Shown: positions 9,701 through 18,137, numbered from the stretch's first letter. The stretch is DNA of 44,567 nucleotides from Candidatus Micrarchaeota archaeon (GCA_043816005.1 JBDRIM010000085.1:1-44567); one strand, 5' to 3'. The notes: a model not told the origin generated them from the sequence alone. Made by a program: numbers and translations.

Positions 9701-10060
9701 CTTCACCTTTGAGATTCCTTCAGTTGGTGCAACGAGAACACCTTCTGTCAAAATACCCAACCCCGTTCTAACTGCCTGTTCAATTAATTTTTCTTTATCT
9801 GCTTTTATAATATCCCCGGCAGCTATTTTTTTTGCAACTTCAAAAGCAAGGTCTTCACGTGGCATTCCACTGCTTTCTAATGTTCTAATTACCTCAGCAA
9901 TACCTGGTGGACCAACAATCCCCTCAACACGCGCAGCAACGTCTTTTGCTATTTTAACTTCAACTTCGTCTACTGGATCATACCCCTGTTTTCTAGCTTC
10001 GCTGGCCGCAGCATGAGCACGTTGAAGTTCGTCCCGCAATATTGAAAGGTAGTCTACCAT
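6710..10060 (-). CDS. polC: DNA polymerase D large subunit (DP2), no intein
   Basis: AGPIRSAGGT, GGFRLRYGR, RMGRPEKA, HTAKRRNADGDED, C-terminal CxxC..CxxC and PIP-like QMGLSDFL. Start taken at MVDY. Confidence 0.97.
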   Translation of the reverse strand: MVDYLSILRDELQRAHAAASEARKQGYDPVDEVEVKIAKDVAARVEGIVGPPGIAEVIRTLESSGMPREDLAFEVAKKIAAGDIIKADKEKLIEQAVRTGLGILTEGVLVAPTEGISKVKINTNPDGSNYVAVYYAGPIRSAGGTAAALSLVLADIARRICGIGDYRATDSQIMRYIEEVTTYETRCVHLQYLPPEEDIRVIAGNCPICINGDPTEKIEVSAYRGVPGVETDRVRGGVPLVMCEGVAAKAAKLFKYTKRLKLNWDWLEKIIKIKKKQDKIEIKPDWSYMEGLVAGRPVFSHPSAKGGFRLRYGRSKSNGLMGKNVHPATMIILSNFLAYGTHMKIERPGKGCIIVAHDGIEPPVVKLKNGRVMKVRTIEEAYAYDKEIEEILFLGDILCTFGDFVKSNHPLMASGYCEEWWQKEVEAKGAQLLENLDVQSLFKFSKIHNVPLHPKFTFTWHDISPEQITVLVQWLKKSRLEMENNIPKSLVIDGIDGKRVLEELLVEHRLHDDKVLIDGEDGYALLASLGAITEDNKIDFTTFDKKWNNTKPVLELVNELSGIKIKAKAPTYIGARMGRPEKAKERKMDGSPHVLFPTGSFKNRSLSKQYRLLKSREGEKTINLEIVRLRCQKCKKLGIYRKCDVCGNIAKEERICQQCGRVVETEIHCDRNTIPYDRRPIDLIEIFETVKSDVGNTTEDVRGVKVLSNGSKIPERLEKGFIRAKHDVYVFRDGTSRFDATDVPLTHFTPKEVGLSVEKAIALGYEKDYLGNKLEHDYQTVGLLHQDIMLATAGAEYFIRVANFIDDMLVNLYGLKPFYNVKTRDDLVGHMAVGLSPHTSAGVLCRIIGFTKANVGYGHPYFHTAKRRNADGDEDCVMLLMDALINFSRKYLSGNRGGTMDAPLVLSMEINPTEVDDEAHCIEFVSHYPLEFYEAAEKNALPGDVKLKTVKDVLGSPEQYELPITHPGGTLDAGNIRTAYVELESIPEKIDIQFRLQEKLRSVDHRDAAERLILSHFIPDLYGNLRSFSRQTFRCVSCNTIFRRVPLAGKCSKCGGNLLLTINKGGIEKYLQISRDIVNKYDLPDYLKQRLELVEREIRSIFEDDKIKQMGLSDFL

Positions 10061-10142
10061 ATAAGTCCCAAAATTCGTTCTATTATAGAATTGGAACATA
10101 TGAAATAAAATTAGTTCTCTTTTTGTTATTTTGTACTTATTT

Positions 10143-10187
10143 TTACCGTTATCAATTTTCCTGCAAGAAAATTCAATAAATAAAAAA
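10143..10187 (-). repeat. tRNA-trailer hairpin cassette D (copy 2), directly 3' of tRNA-Met
   Basis: Matches 1998-2038. Confidence 0.7.
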
Positions 10188-10467
10188 TGCCGAGAGGGGA
10201 ATTTTCGTTAACAAGCCCGTTTTTGGGCGTACCTTTTTACCAAAACAACAGGAAACAAAGTTTCCTGTGCCCCATAAAAACGATTTTTCGTTTTTATAGG
10301 GAGGTACGTTCGAATCCCCGACCTCTCGATGTCTGGTCGAGAGGGCATTGAACAAACAATACAACCTCTCGATTTCCGAGTGCATTAGATATCATTGGGT
10401 TTCCCCTCATAACTCATCTGATTTGCACATATGAGTCGAGCACTCTAGCCGACTGAGCTACCTCGGC
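10188..10467 (-). tRNA. Elongator tRNA-Met(CAT) with introns at 37/38 (10331-10429, 99 nt) and 59/60 (10202-10308, 107 nt)
   Basis: Exons GCCGAGGTAGCTCAGTCGGCTAGAGTGCTCGACTCATA ^ ATCGAGAGGTCGGGGATTCGAA ^ TTCCCCTCTCGGCA form a full cloverleaf; TTCG/CGAA helix at the T-loop intron. Confidence 0.88.
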
Positions 10468-10691
10468 ATGAACAAAGTTCATGTTGAGGCATAATGAACG
10501 GACCGACATTCATTAATGCCTCGGCGTAAATAAAAGCTGAGAGTAATTTACCTTCATTAACCTTTTATTATATCCTGTTTTTGTTGATGAAAACCACTTT
10601 GTGGTTTCAAAGAGACCTCAGCTCCTTTAATCAAACCAAAACCTATTTACATATTCTCTTCGATAATACTTTGTTATCCTCAGGTGAAAAT

Positions 10692-10931
10692 ATGACATTA
10701 AACACATGCGAAAGTTGCGGAATGCCCATGACCAGCAAGTCTGATTTTGGTGGTGGGATAGAATCAAACAAATATTGCAAGCATTGTACTCTATCAAACG
10801 GTACACTCAAACCAAGGCACGAAATTCGAGAGAATATGATTTTATTCTATATGAAAAATAAAAATGCAGATCGTGCAACAGCATCTACATATGTTGATGA
10901 AAGAATGGAAGGTATGCCTGCATGGAAGTAA
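10692..10931 (+). CDS. Zinc-ribbon domain protein (Zn_ribbon_2-like)
   Basis: CESCGMPM...YCKHC...G...W-K terminus; AGGTGA SD 4 nt before the ATG. Confidence 0.85.
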   Translation: MTLNTCESCGMPMTSKSDFGGGIESNKYCKHCTLSNGTLKPRHEIRENMILFYMKNKNADRATASTYVDERMEGMPAWK

Positions 10932-11088
10932 AAGGACAAAGGTCCTTTTGATCCCCTTTCAATTTGGTCCTTTTTCAATCTCCTATTGGCCGTCGAAACG
11001 ACCAATGGACCATTGAACTTCGTTCAATCGGTCCTTTGAATTTGTTTGGGATTTTGGTTCTTTGAGGGACGTTGCCCCTCGAACCCCG
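10930..11088. repeat. Nested family B palindrome cluster
   Basis: AAAAGGAC-AAAG-GTCCTTTT hairpin; 11005-11037 is the exact reverse complement of 35278-35310. Confidence 0.75.
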
Positions 11089-11120
11089 TTATTTTTATAT
11101 TATTCCTCTCCAATCTTATT

Positions 11121-11729
11121 ATGGCAGTAAAAGTCGCAGTTTTAGCTTCAGGCAGAGGCAGCAATTTTTTTACTATTCTGGAAGAAATCAAAACAGGTAG
11201 ATGCGATGCCGAGGTAAAAGTTCTAATTACAAATAATCCAGAAGCCGGAGCGATCCAAATCGCAAAATCAAACTCAATTCCAGTCGAGTTGGTTGATCGA
11301 TCCAAATTTAAAAAAAGAGAAGAAATGGACGATTATATAAAATCACTTTTAGACAAATACGGAGTTGAATTGGTTGTTTTGGCAGGTTATATGCTTTTGA
11401 TCAAAGGAAAATCCTTTTTGGAAAAATACAAAATAATAAACATCCATCCTGCTCTTCTTCCAAATTTTCCAGGTGAAAATGCGCAAAAACAGGCATTTGA
11501 TGCCGGTGTAAAAGTTTCTGGAGTAACCATTCATTTTGTTGATGAAACATTGGATGGTGGACCAATAATTTACCAGGAAAAAGTTGATATAAGCGATTGT
11601 AAAAATGCAGATGAGGTTGCAGAGAAAATTCTGAAAGTTGAGCACAAAGCATATGCAAAAGTTATTGATTCATTTTCTAAAGGCCAGTATATAATTGATG
11701 GAAGAACAGTTAGATTTGTTAAAAATTAA
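11121..11729 (+). CDS. purN: Phosphoribosylglycinamide formyltransferase
   Basis: AVLASGRGSN, LAGYM, NIHPALLP, SGVTIHFVD..LDGGPII. Confidence 0.97.
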   Translation: MAVKVAVLASGRGSNFFTILEEIKTGRCDAEVKVLITNNPEAGAIQIAKSNSIPVELVDRSKFKKREEMDDYIKSLLDKYGVELVVLAGYMLLIKGKSFLEKYKIINIHPALLPNFPGENAQKQAFDAGVKVSGVTIHFVDETLDGGPIIYQEKVDISDCKNADEVAEKILKVEHKAYAKVIDSFSKGQYIIDGRTVRFVKN

Positions 11730-11743
11730 GATAAAATAAAAAA

Positions 11744-12439
11744 TTAAGAAAGATTATAGACGTACTTTTTCTCAATAGTAATGTATTTGCTTACGGCTGT
11801 TACTTTGTCAACTGCATTGAGTACATTGGTAAAGAGTATATAACTCATTGCAATTCCTGCAGCAAACATAATTCTCTCAGTTGCAGTTACTGGAAGTAAA
11901 GCAGTCCATGCCTCTGGTGTCATTGGTATTCCACCCAAAATCCAGATGGTTCCACCAACCGCATGTGCAGTGAATGTTGCACCAAGACTTCTTAAGAAAA
12001 GATTGTCAGGTAAAAACTTCACTATTATTGGTATTGTCCAGAAAAGTGCATAGTACCATGCTTGCTGACCTACCGGATCCATCCAGAATACTGCCATTGC
12101 TAATATAGGTATAATCAAGCTGAGTTTATCATCCAATTTCATTTTGAAATTTCTGCTAAAGTAATAAGCACCAAACATCATAGGTAGGAACCTAAGTATA
12201 GTTATCAAGTCTAGTTTATGAGTAAAAATTACTCCGTTTAGTACTTGCGCACCCAAAATAGCCACTGCTCCAAACACTCCCAAAAATCCTCCTGCCATAG
12301 GCCCAAAGAATTGGAAGAATGTTAAGAACTGGCTTTCGGTACCAATTAACTGTGCGAAGTTAATCTGCATACCTGCTAGCGCCAGTATCGCAAAAAGCGC
12401 CAGAAATACCATTCCACGAATAGAAATAATATTAGTCAT
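11744..12439 (-). CDS. Multi-pass membrane protein, possibly an ECF-transporter S-component-like substrate binder
   Basis: 6-7 hydrophobic helices; FTAHAVGG motif; GGAGGT SD. Function is inferred. Confidence 0.6.
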   Translation of the reverse strand: MTNIISIRGMVFLALFAILALAGMQINFAQLIGTESQFLTFFQFFGPMAGGFLGVFGAVAILGAQVLNGVIFTHKLDLITILRFLPMMFGAYYFSRNFKMKLDDKLSLIIPILAMAVFWMDPVGQQAWYYALFWTIPIIVKFLPDNLFLRSLGATFTAHAVGGTIWILGGIPMTPEAWTALLPVTATERIMFAAGIAMSYILFTNVLNAVDKVTAVSKYITIEKKYVYNLS

Positions 12440-12511
12440 CTAATTACCTCCACTGCCTCAATTAATTTTATGTAGGTCATCCTTATTAAGATTTGTCCTT
12501 GAAGCAAAGCT

Positions 12512-13063
12512 TTAAGGCAGTCTAATTTTCGCCATCGCCAGTACTATTCCAAGTTTTCTGGCCTTTTTTAAATATTTTGCGTTTTGATTAGCATCTTTTG
12601 GTTTTTCTGTCATGAAACAACCGGTAGCTACAACATCCAACCTATGAATCCAGCAAAATTCTCGCATGGCTTTTATACCTTTTTTCACTGATCTTGGTGT
12701 TGCTGCTCCAACACCGATAAGAACAACTTTTTTACCTTTCCATTTCTTATCTTTACAATATGGGTTTGTCCTGTCCATGAAATTTTTCATCAACCCCGAA
12801 ACATTATTGAAATAGGATGGTGAAGCTAGTATTATGCCGTCACATTCTGCTATTTTTTTCATTATTGGTTTAATATCGTCATTGAACGGACAAATATGCT
12901 CGTAATAACATTGGTCTCTGCCGCAACATCCTCTGAATTTAAGGTTGCGTAATAATACGATTTCTACTTCTGCACCATGCGATCTGGCTCCTTCTACAGC
13001 TTCTCTGATCAACCGTTCGCAGTTACCGCTTCTTGGCGATCCAGAAATGGCGATTATTCTCAT
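12512..13063 (-). CDS. Flavodoxin-like / iron-sulfur flavoprotein (NADPH-dependent FMN reductase family)
   Basis: ISGSPRSGN, Cys cluster CCGRDQCYYEHIC, ASPSYFNNVSGLMKNFMDR. Confidence 0.88.
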   Translation of the reverse strand: MRIIAISGSPRSGNCERLIREAVEGARSHGAEVEIVLLRNLKFRGCCGRDQCYYEHICPFNDDIKPIMKKIAECDGIILASPSYFNNVSGLMKNFMDRTNPYCKDKKWKGKKVVLIGVGAATPRSVKKGIKAMREFCWIHRLDVVATGCFMTEKPKDANQNAKYLKKARKLGIVLAMAKIRLP

Positions 13064-13099
13064 ATTACAACCAAAAACGAGCTAGTTGTCTTATTCGAT

Positions 13100-13139
13100 T
13101 TGCCAAAATTTCGCGCCAGCGAAATTTTTAGCAAAAAAA
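13100..13139 (-). repeat. tRNA-trailer hairpin cassette C (copy 2), directly 3' of tRNA-Lys
   Basis: Matches 1929-1968. Confidence 0.7.
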
Positions 13140-13299
13140 CGGGCCTGGAGAGATTTGAACTCTCGACACACGGATTTCAACCTTTTAGGAAAAGGTTGAG
13201 CCAAAACTGGCTGTCTATTCCAAAAAGATAAGAGTCCGTCGCTTTAGGCAAGACTTCTCCAAACAGATCTGTCTTCCTACCAAGCTGAGCTACAGGCCC
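13140..13299 (-). tRNA. tRNA-Lys(CTT) with introns at 22/23 (13244-13276, 33 nt) and 37/38 (13176-13228, 53 nt)
   Basis: Exons GGGCCTGTAGCTCAGCTTGGTAG ^ AGCGACGGACTCTTA ^ ATCCGTGTGTCGAGAGTTCAAATCTCTCCAGGCCCG form a full cloverleaf. Confidence 0.9.
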
Positions 13300-13396
13300 A
13301 AACGCAAGTTAGAATGTTATCCCATCATCTTTTAAATTCTAATCTCGTGCCTACTATTCTTAAGGTGCTATCTGAACTTTCACATGTGCAACAAAA

Positions 13397-14410
13397 TTAT
13401 TCAGTCTCTTCTATCAAATATCCATACCCATTGCTGAAAATTCTCACGCCACTTTTATTGTAAGTTTCAGACCAATGCATCCCATACTGAAGCATAAGCC
13501 TCTGGAATGGTTCTCTTGATCCACCATTACTGGCAGAATCATCACTGCTCCCGGTTATTATGATTTCTTTTGATTTAGCTGTAATCAGGAATAATCCTAT
13601 ATTGCTAGTACCAGATCCAACACCATAATATGGTGCTTGCATTATTTCACTTTCCATAAGTTTTGTTTGTGTTGTCATCAATTTTCCCTGAGCTCCAGTT
13701 TGAATTCCTGAAGTAAGCAGGAGAGAGAAATTTCGGTCTGAGATTTTTGTCACTACTGCATCGTTGTTTATATCATTGAATCTTGATTTTTGCGGATTCA
13801 AGAATGTGAAATTCATGCCGTTTAAGTCGTAACTTACTCCTACCTCTATTTGTTTAACCTCTTTTGTTGCAGCAACCATATTGTCAAATAATTGACTATA
13901 TGTACTATCGCCAAAGGAATCACCACTCCACCAATATTCTTCTATTCTAAAGTTATTTGCAACAGTTTGAATGCCTCCGTATTGTCGTGGATCTGCATTT
14001 GTGGAAATTATGACTTCAAGGTCATCTACACCCTTTGCACGTAAAAAATTAACAACCTTATTTGCTGTTTCTGCTGGTCCTGCATCAATAAGAACATCTA
14101 AATCTCCTTTCTTTATTAATATTGCATTACCATGCTGTCCTTGCATACCAACGTCTATAAAATATACTCCGATTGATTGACTTGGATCGTATTCATATTC
14201 CAATCCTTCAACTACTGGTGTATTGTTCTGAACTGGTACTACTGTGGCATTTTGTCCTACTGTTTGATTGGTCTGCCCACCAACTATGATATTAACTTGG
14301 GTATTATTTTGAACTGGCGGCGGTTCTGGATTTGGAGGCGGTGGTTCTGTTTTTCCACCAATACACCCAAACAAAAGCACAACCAAAAAAAGATAAACTA
14401 GAATTTTCAT
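13397..14410 (-). CDS. ComEC/Rec2-type metallo-beta-lactamase-fold lipoprotein with degenerate metal ligands
   Basis: Lipobox LLFGC, FIDVG..GNAILI, VLIDAG, NNDAVV; HxHxDH replaced by NADPRQ. Confidence 0.8.
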   Translation of the reverse strand: MKILVYLFLVVLLFGCIGGKTEPPPPNPEPPPVQNNTQVNIIVGGQTNQTVGQNATVVPVQNNTPVVEGLEYEYDPSQSIGVYFIDVGMQGQHGNAILIKKGDLDVLIDAGPAETANKVVNFLRAKGVDDLEVIISTNADPRQYGGIQTVANNFRIEEYWWSGDSFGDSTYSQLFDNMVAATKEVKQIEVGVSYDLNGMNFTFLNPQKSRFNDINNDAVVTKISDRNFSLLLTSGIQTGAQGKLMTTQTKLMESEIMQAPYYGVGSGTSNIGLFLITAKSKEIIITGSSDDSASNGGSREPFQRLMLQYGMHWSETYNKSGVRIFSNGYGYLIEETE

Positions 14411-15891
14411 AAAGTCACCTTGCCTTTTTTCATATTCTCCTTAATCACTTTTTCACAGTCTGAAATATTAATCCTTTCTTGTTTTCCATCATTTCTATAT
14501 CTTATGGTTACTGTACTGTCCTTGATGGTATCATAATCTATAGTAAGAGCGTAAGGGATACCTATCTCATCAGCTCTTGCATATCTTCTTCCTATACTAC
14601 CACTATCACGATAGGCAACATCAAGCCCATTATTTCTAAGCATTGTTGTTATCTCTTCTGCCTTGTTACCTAAGCCATCCTTTGTCATAAGTGGAAAGAC
14701 TGCAACATGGTATGGTGCAATGGCCGGTGGAAAATCAAACCATTCCCATTCTTTTTCATTTGTTTTATCTCTGAAACAATGCTCGAGTATACAATAAAAC
14801 AAACGGTCAACACCCATCGACAATTCAAATACATGCGGCATTATCCTTTTCTTTTCTGACTCAACAAAAACACTAAAATCCTGGCCACTATGTTTGGTAT
14901 GCGATGCAAGATCGAAATCTGTTCTATAAGCATTTCCAATTGTTTCAATGTTGCCAAAAGAAGTTTCAACTTCCATATCTATGTTTCCTTTAGAATAATG
15001 TGGAACTTCATGAGCACTAAGCACTCTCAAACACATTTTCTTTTCATCAATACCAACTTTTTTATAAAAATCCCATTGTCTTGCAAGGAAATAGGCCATT
15101 ATCTGATTGGCGGCTAATTTTTGTTCAACTACCTGTACTGCATTCATCTGTTTATGCTTACCATCAACACCCATTGTCATTTCAAGTTCACTTACTTTTT
15201 CAAAACCATCATAATTAGGTTCAGCTGGGTTGAAGAAATATTCCAGTTCCATTTGAGTAAATTCCCTCATCCTTACTAGTCCTTTTCTCGGTGAAATTTC
15301 ATTTCTAAAACTTTTACCAACCTGACCAACTGCCAATGGTAATTTTGTTCCGTGGTTTTTGAAAATTCTTGGGAATGCAGTAAAAATCCCTTGTGCTGTT
15401 TCTGGTCTAGAATAAGCAGTTGTTCGTTCTCCTCCAATTCCTGTTTGGAACATCAAATTGAACATAAAACTTTTACCGAATTGACCTTTGCATTTTGGGC
15501 ATGCTATTGCTTTTTCAGCAATCACATCATCCAAACTTTCAAGTTTTCCATCCCATTTTTCGCCATGGAGATTGTAATGTTTTTCCTCTGCAAGATGATC
15601 TGCTCTAACCTTAGTTTTACATTTCTGACATTCTACAACTGGATCTGCGAAACTACTCACATGGCCTGAAGCAACAAGTATTGGCTCTGGGGTTATTATA
15701 CTAGTTTCAACTTCATGAAATCCTTCGCTCTTTATGAATGTCTCACGCCAAAGGTTCTCTATTTTGTGTTTTATCAACACACCAACAGGTCCATATTCAT
15801 AGAAACCGGCAATCCCACCATATGGCTCATTACTTGGAAAGAAAAATGACCGCTTAAGCGATAATTCAAATATCCTATCATTAAGTTGCAT
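14407..15891 (-). CDS. glyS: Glycyl-tRNA synthetase (homodimeric archaeal/eukaryotic type)
   Basis: RPETAQGIF, FRNEISPR, REFTQMELE, GSIGRRYARADEIG. Confidence 0.97.
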   Translation of the reverse strand: MQLNDRIFELSLKRSFFFPSNEPYGGIAGFYEYGPVGVLIKHKIENLWRETFIKSEGFHEVETSIITPEPILVASGHVSSFADPVVECQKCKTKVRADHLAEEKHYNLHGEKWDGKLESLDDVIAEKAIACPKCKGQFGKSFMFNLMFQTGIGGERTTAYSRPETAQGIFTAFPRIFKNHGTKLPLAVGQVGKSFRNEISPRKGLVRMREFTQMELEYFFNPAEPNYDGFEKVSELEMTMGVDGKHKQMNAVQVVEQKLAANQIMAYFLARQWDFYKKVGIDEKKMCLRVLSAHEVPHYSKGNIDMEVETSFGNIETIGNAYRTDFDLASHTKHSGQDFSVFVESEKKRIMPHVFELSMGVDRLFYCILEHCFRDKTNEKEWEWFDFPPAIAPYHVAVFPLMTKDGLGNKAEEITTMLRNNGLDVAYRDSGSIGRRYARADEIGIPYALTIDYDTIKDSTVTIRYRNDGKQERINISDCEKVIKENMKKGKVTL

Positions 15892-15944
15892 GCTTTATCT
15901 GTTGTATATGCGGTTTTAAATCTTTTTCCGAAGATAACCATCCG

Positions 15945-16355
15945 ATGGAAAAGCTTAATCCAGATATTGTTAAAGCTGCTTTTGCGTTAGAACTCGCATT
16001 AAATATGCTAGACCTCGCAAAGGAAAAACTCGATAGTGGGAACCATGTTGCTGCGTTTGAGGAAGCGCGCAACTCAATACGTGTAACCTCTTCTGCAATA
16101 CTGTTCAAAGACGGTTGTGTTTTCTGTGATTTTGACGGAACATCATCATATTTATGCCATACCTATCCACATATTTTTAATATCAGACAATGGAAACGGC
16201 TAGAATCTATTGATCTTGCTTCTGGACCTGGATTCTATAATGTTTTATTAAAGCTTGTACGAAAAATCATTAACATTGAAAAACACGAATCCAAACAAGC
16301 AGTATTGCTTGCATGGCAATTTTTGGATTCTGCACATGTGGTGATTGGCATATGA
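15945..16355 (+). CDS. Hypothetical protein, HEPN-like helical pattern
   Basis: LDLAKEKLDSG..AAFEEARNSIR..SAILFKDG and terminal AVLLAWQFLDSA resemble HEPN helices. Confidence 0.5.
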   Translation: MEKLNPDIVKAAFALELALNMLDLAKEKLDSGNHVAAFEEARNSIRVTSSAILFKDGCVFCDFDGTSSYLCHTYPHIFNIRQWKRLESIDLASGPGFYNVLLKLVRKIINIEKHESKQAVLLAWQFLDSAHVVIGI

Positions 16356-16960
16356 GATGGTTTTTTGTTTTAATACCTTTAATTTTGTTAGGCTGCACAG
16401 GAACTGATAGTCCAGCAACTAATACTCTCGAACCTGCCCCATCACCAATAATTCAGGAACCAAAAGTATGGGAAAGTTATTCTAATAGTCTTTTTAGTTT
16501 TGATTATCCTGGCAACATGGTGATAGATGAACAACCTGGTTTTATTCGTGGCATTCATTATCTTCCAGATCCAAATGACAATCAACTAGGAGAATCATTA
16601 CTTGTGATCTATGTAAATACAAGCGAAAAATATGGTCCGAATCAGGACGATATCTTCAAATTCAATCCAACAAAAACCGCAACTGATTTTCTATTGAATG
16701 ATAAGGAAAATGATTCTATGGGAGTGCTTTCACATGCACATAATTTTGGTACTATGAGACAATTTACAGTTGCAAAGAAATATTATGTAGCAGAAATACC
16801 ATTCAAGTTATCTGATTTCAATACCACTTCAGACGGCTATGCCATGAGCATCTATATCCCTGAAAGTTCTACGCATCTTAATGTAAGGATATCTGCATTT
16901 GATCCAAAACTATCATATAATATGAAAGAAGCAATTTTACGATCATTAAGGTTGGAGTAA
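16352..16960 (+). CDS. Lipoprotein, PsbP-like N-terminal motif
   Basis: LILLGC lipobox; WESYSNSLFSFDYP; ATGA overlap with the upstream gene. Confidence 0.7.
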   Translation: MRWFFVLIPLILLGCTGTDSPATNTLEPAPSPIIQEPKVWESYSNSLFSFDYPGNMVIDEQPGFIRGIHYLPDPNDNQLGESLLVIYVNTSEKYGPNQDDIFKFNPTKTATDFLLNDKENDSMGVLSHAHNFGTMRQFTVAKKYYVAEIPFKLSDFNTTSDGYAMSIYIPESSTHLNVRISAFDPKLSYNMKEAILRSLRLE

Positions 16961-16997
16961 ACCATCAATTTATTTTTGTTTGCTGTGTGGGGTATTT

Positions 16998-17663
16998 ATG
17001 AAAATTTGGATTCTATTACTTTTTTTAACTGTTTTTGGTTGCACTTTTATTAACGAAAATGACTTTAATACGGTGGTTACTATGAAGAATTATACCTCAA
17101 TAAAACTATTTGTGGATGATAATAATCTTACCGTTAAGCAGTTTGAATTTACGGTTGATGGCAACCAAATCAAATCCCTCCATGGAAATCTTAGTTGTGT
17201 ATATTACGAATCCGTAGTGATTTTTTATAATGAAGAGAACAAGAACATACCTGAGAACTATAGTACCTTGACAGATACTTTTCATAGTGAAGATTCATTT
17301 TACATAGTTGTTGATGGGAAACATAAAATCGAAATAACTCCAACGAGTACACTAAGACTTTTCCTATCACCTACTTTTGAAAACCAATTCACAAAATCAG
17401 ATGCACCGGATCAATCTTCGAAAAATATGTTTGACGAAGATAATTATCTTGTTCTTGGGAAGCAAGTTGATTTCTGCCTTCAAAAGAACAAAACCTATTA
17501 TGGTTTTGTAAGAAAAGAAGAATTGGATTACGGTCCACCTAACGAAAATGGTGATCGAGCATCACACACATATTACTTTTTCCAAATATCTGACAAACCA
17601 TTTGTCAATGATAAACCTCAGATACCAGAAACACCTACATTCAGTGGTTGGATTTATAGCTAA
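16998..17663 (+). CDS. Hypothetical lipoprotein
   Basis: MKIWILLLFLTVFGC signal peptide and lipobox. Confidence 0.7.
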   Translation: MKIWILLLFLTVFGCTFINENDFNTVVTMKNYTSIKLFVDDNNLTVKQFEFTVDGNQIKSLHGNLSCVYYESVVIFYNEENKNIPENYSTLTDTFHSEDSFYIVVDGKHKIEITPTSTLRLFLSPTFENQFTKSDAPDQSSKNMFDEDNYLVLGKQVDFCLQKNKTYYGFVRKEELDYGPPNENGDRASHTYYFFQISDKPFVNDKPQIPETPTFSGWIYS

Positions 17664-18133
17664 CTAAAAACTATCGAACCAATCATCTTACTGACTGTTG
17701 CTAAATTTTTCTTATATTCCTGGGCATTTGCAGAATGTGCTATTAAGTAAACTTTTTCACCCTTGACAACAAAATATTGGTCAATCTTAAGTATCGTGCC
17801 ACCAACGTCAGATTCCACACTAAACATTCTGCCTTCTAATCCACCAACACTTATAGTAATGCTATTCTGTTCGCTTTTGTAACCTTTTGCCTTCATGGCC
17901 TTCAAAGATGTTTCAGCTATATTCTCAGCAGTTAGTGGTGCACCTTCCAAACCAGGCATTTTTTCAAATTTTTTCACAGTTGTATTCATTACTGTAAATT
18001 TTTCCCCAGTGATATCAGTTATGGCACTTCCGGGCGGTAAAAATGCAGCAGCATCTGCTGTTATACTTTCCATCGTCCATTCAGAAGGATATTTTAGTTT
18101 CAGTCCGTTCATTTGTTGTTCTTTATCAGTCAT
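17660..18133 (-). CDS. PsbP/Mog1/DcrB-like protein
   Basis: LKLKYPSEW, ISVGGLEG, QYFVVKGEKVYLI, KMIGSIVF. Confidence 0.7.
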   Translation of the reverse strand: MTDKEQQMNGLKLKYPSEWTMESITADAAAFLPPGSAITDITGEKFTVMNTTVKKFEKMPGLEGAPLTAENIAETSLKAMKAKGYKSEQNSITISVGGLEGRMFSVESDVGGTILKIDQYFVVKGEKVYLIAHSANAQEYKKNLATVSKMIGSIVFS

Positions 18134-18137
18134 TTTA

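Noticed and set aside
6710..10060. Intein in polC
   Set aside because: The protein is continuous through the usual insertion site and has no splicing motifs.
10173..10385. 70-aa ORF as an intron-encoded protein
   Set aside because: It crosses tRNA-Met exons and shows no homing-endonuclease motif.
10374..10429. C/D box guide RNA inside the tRNA-Met intron
   Set aside because: ATGAG/ATGAT box-C-like words are present but there is no CTGA box D on the transcribed strand.
10931..11090. Purine riboswitch upstream of purN
   Set aside because: The structure lies upstream of the TATA-like TTTTTATA (~11092-11099), so it is probably not in the purN mRNA. Part of it is repeated verbatim inside the his operon.
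12977..13231. 84-aa ORF
   Set aside because: It is antisense to the flavoprotein gene and to tRNA-Lys.
15945..16355. MNT-HEPN toxin-antitoxin system
   Set aside because: There is no adjacent nucleotidyltransferase and no clear RxxxxH motif.
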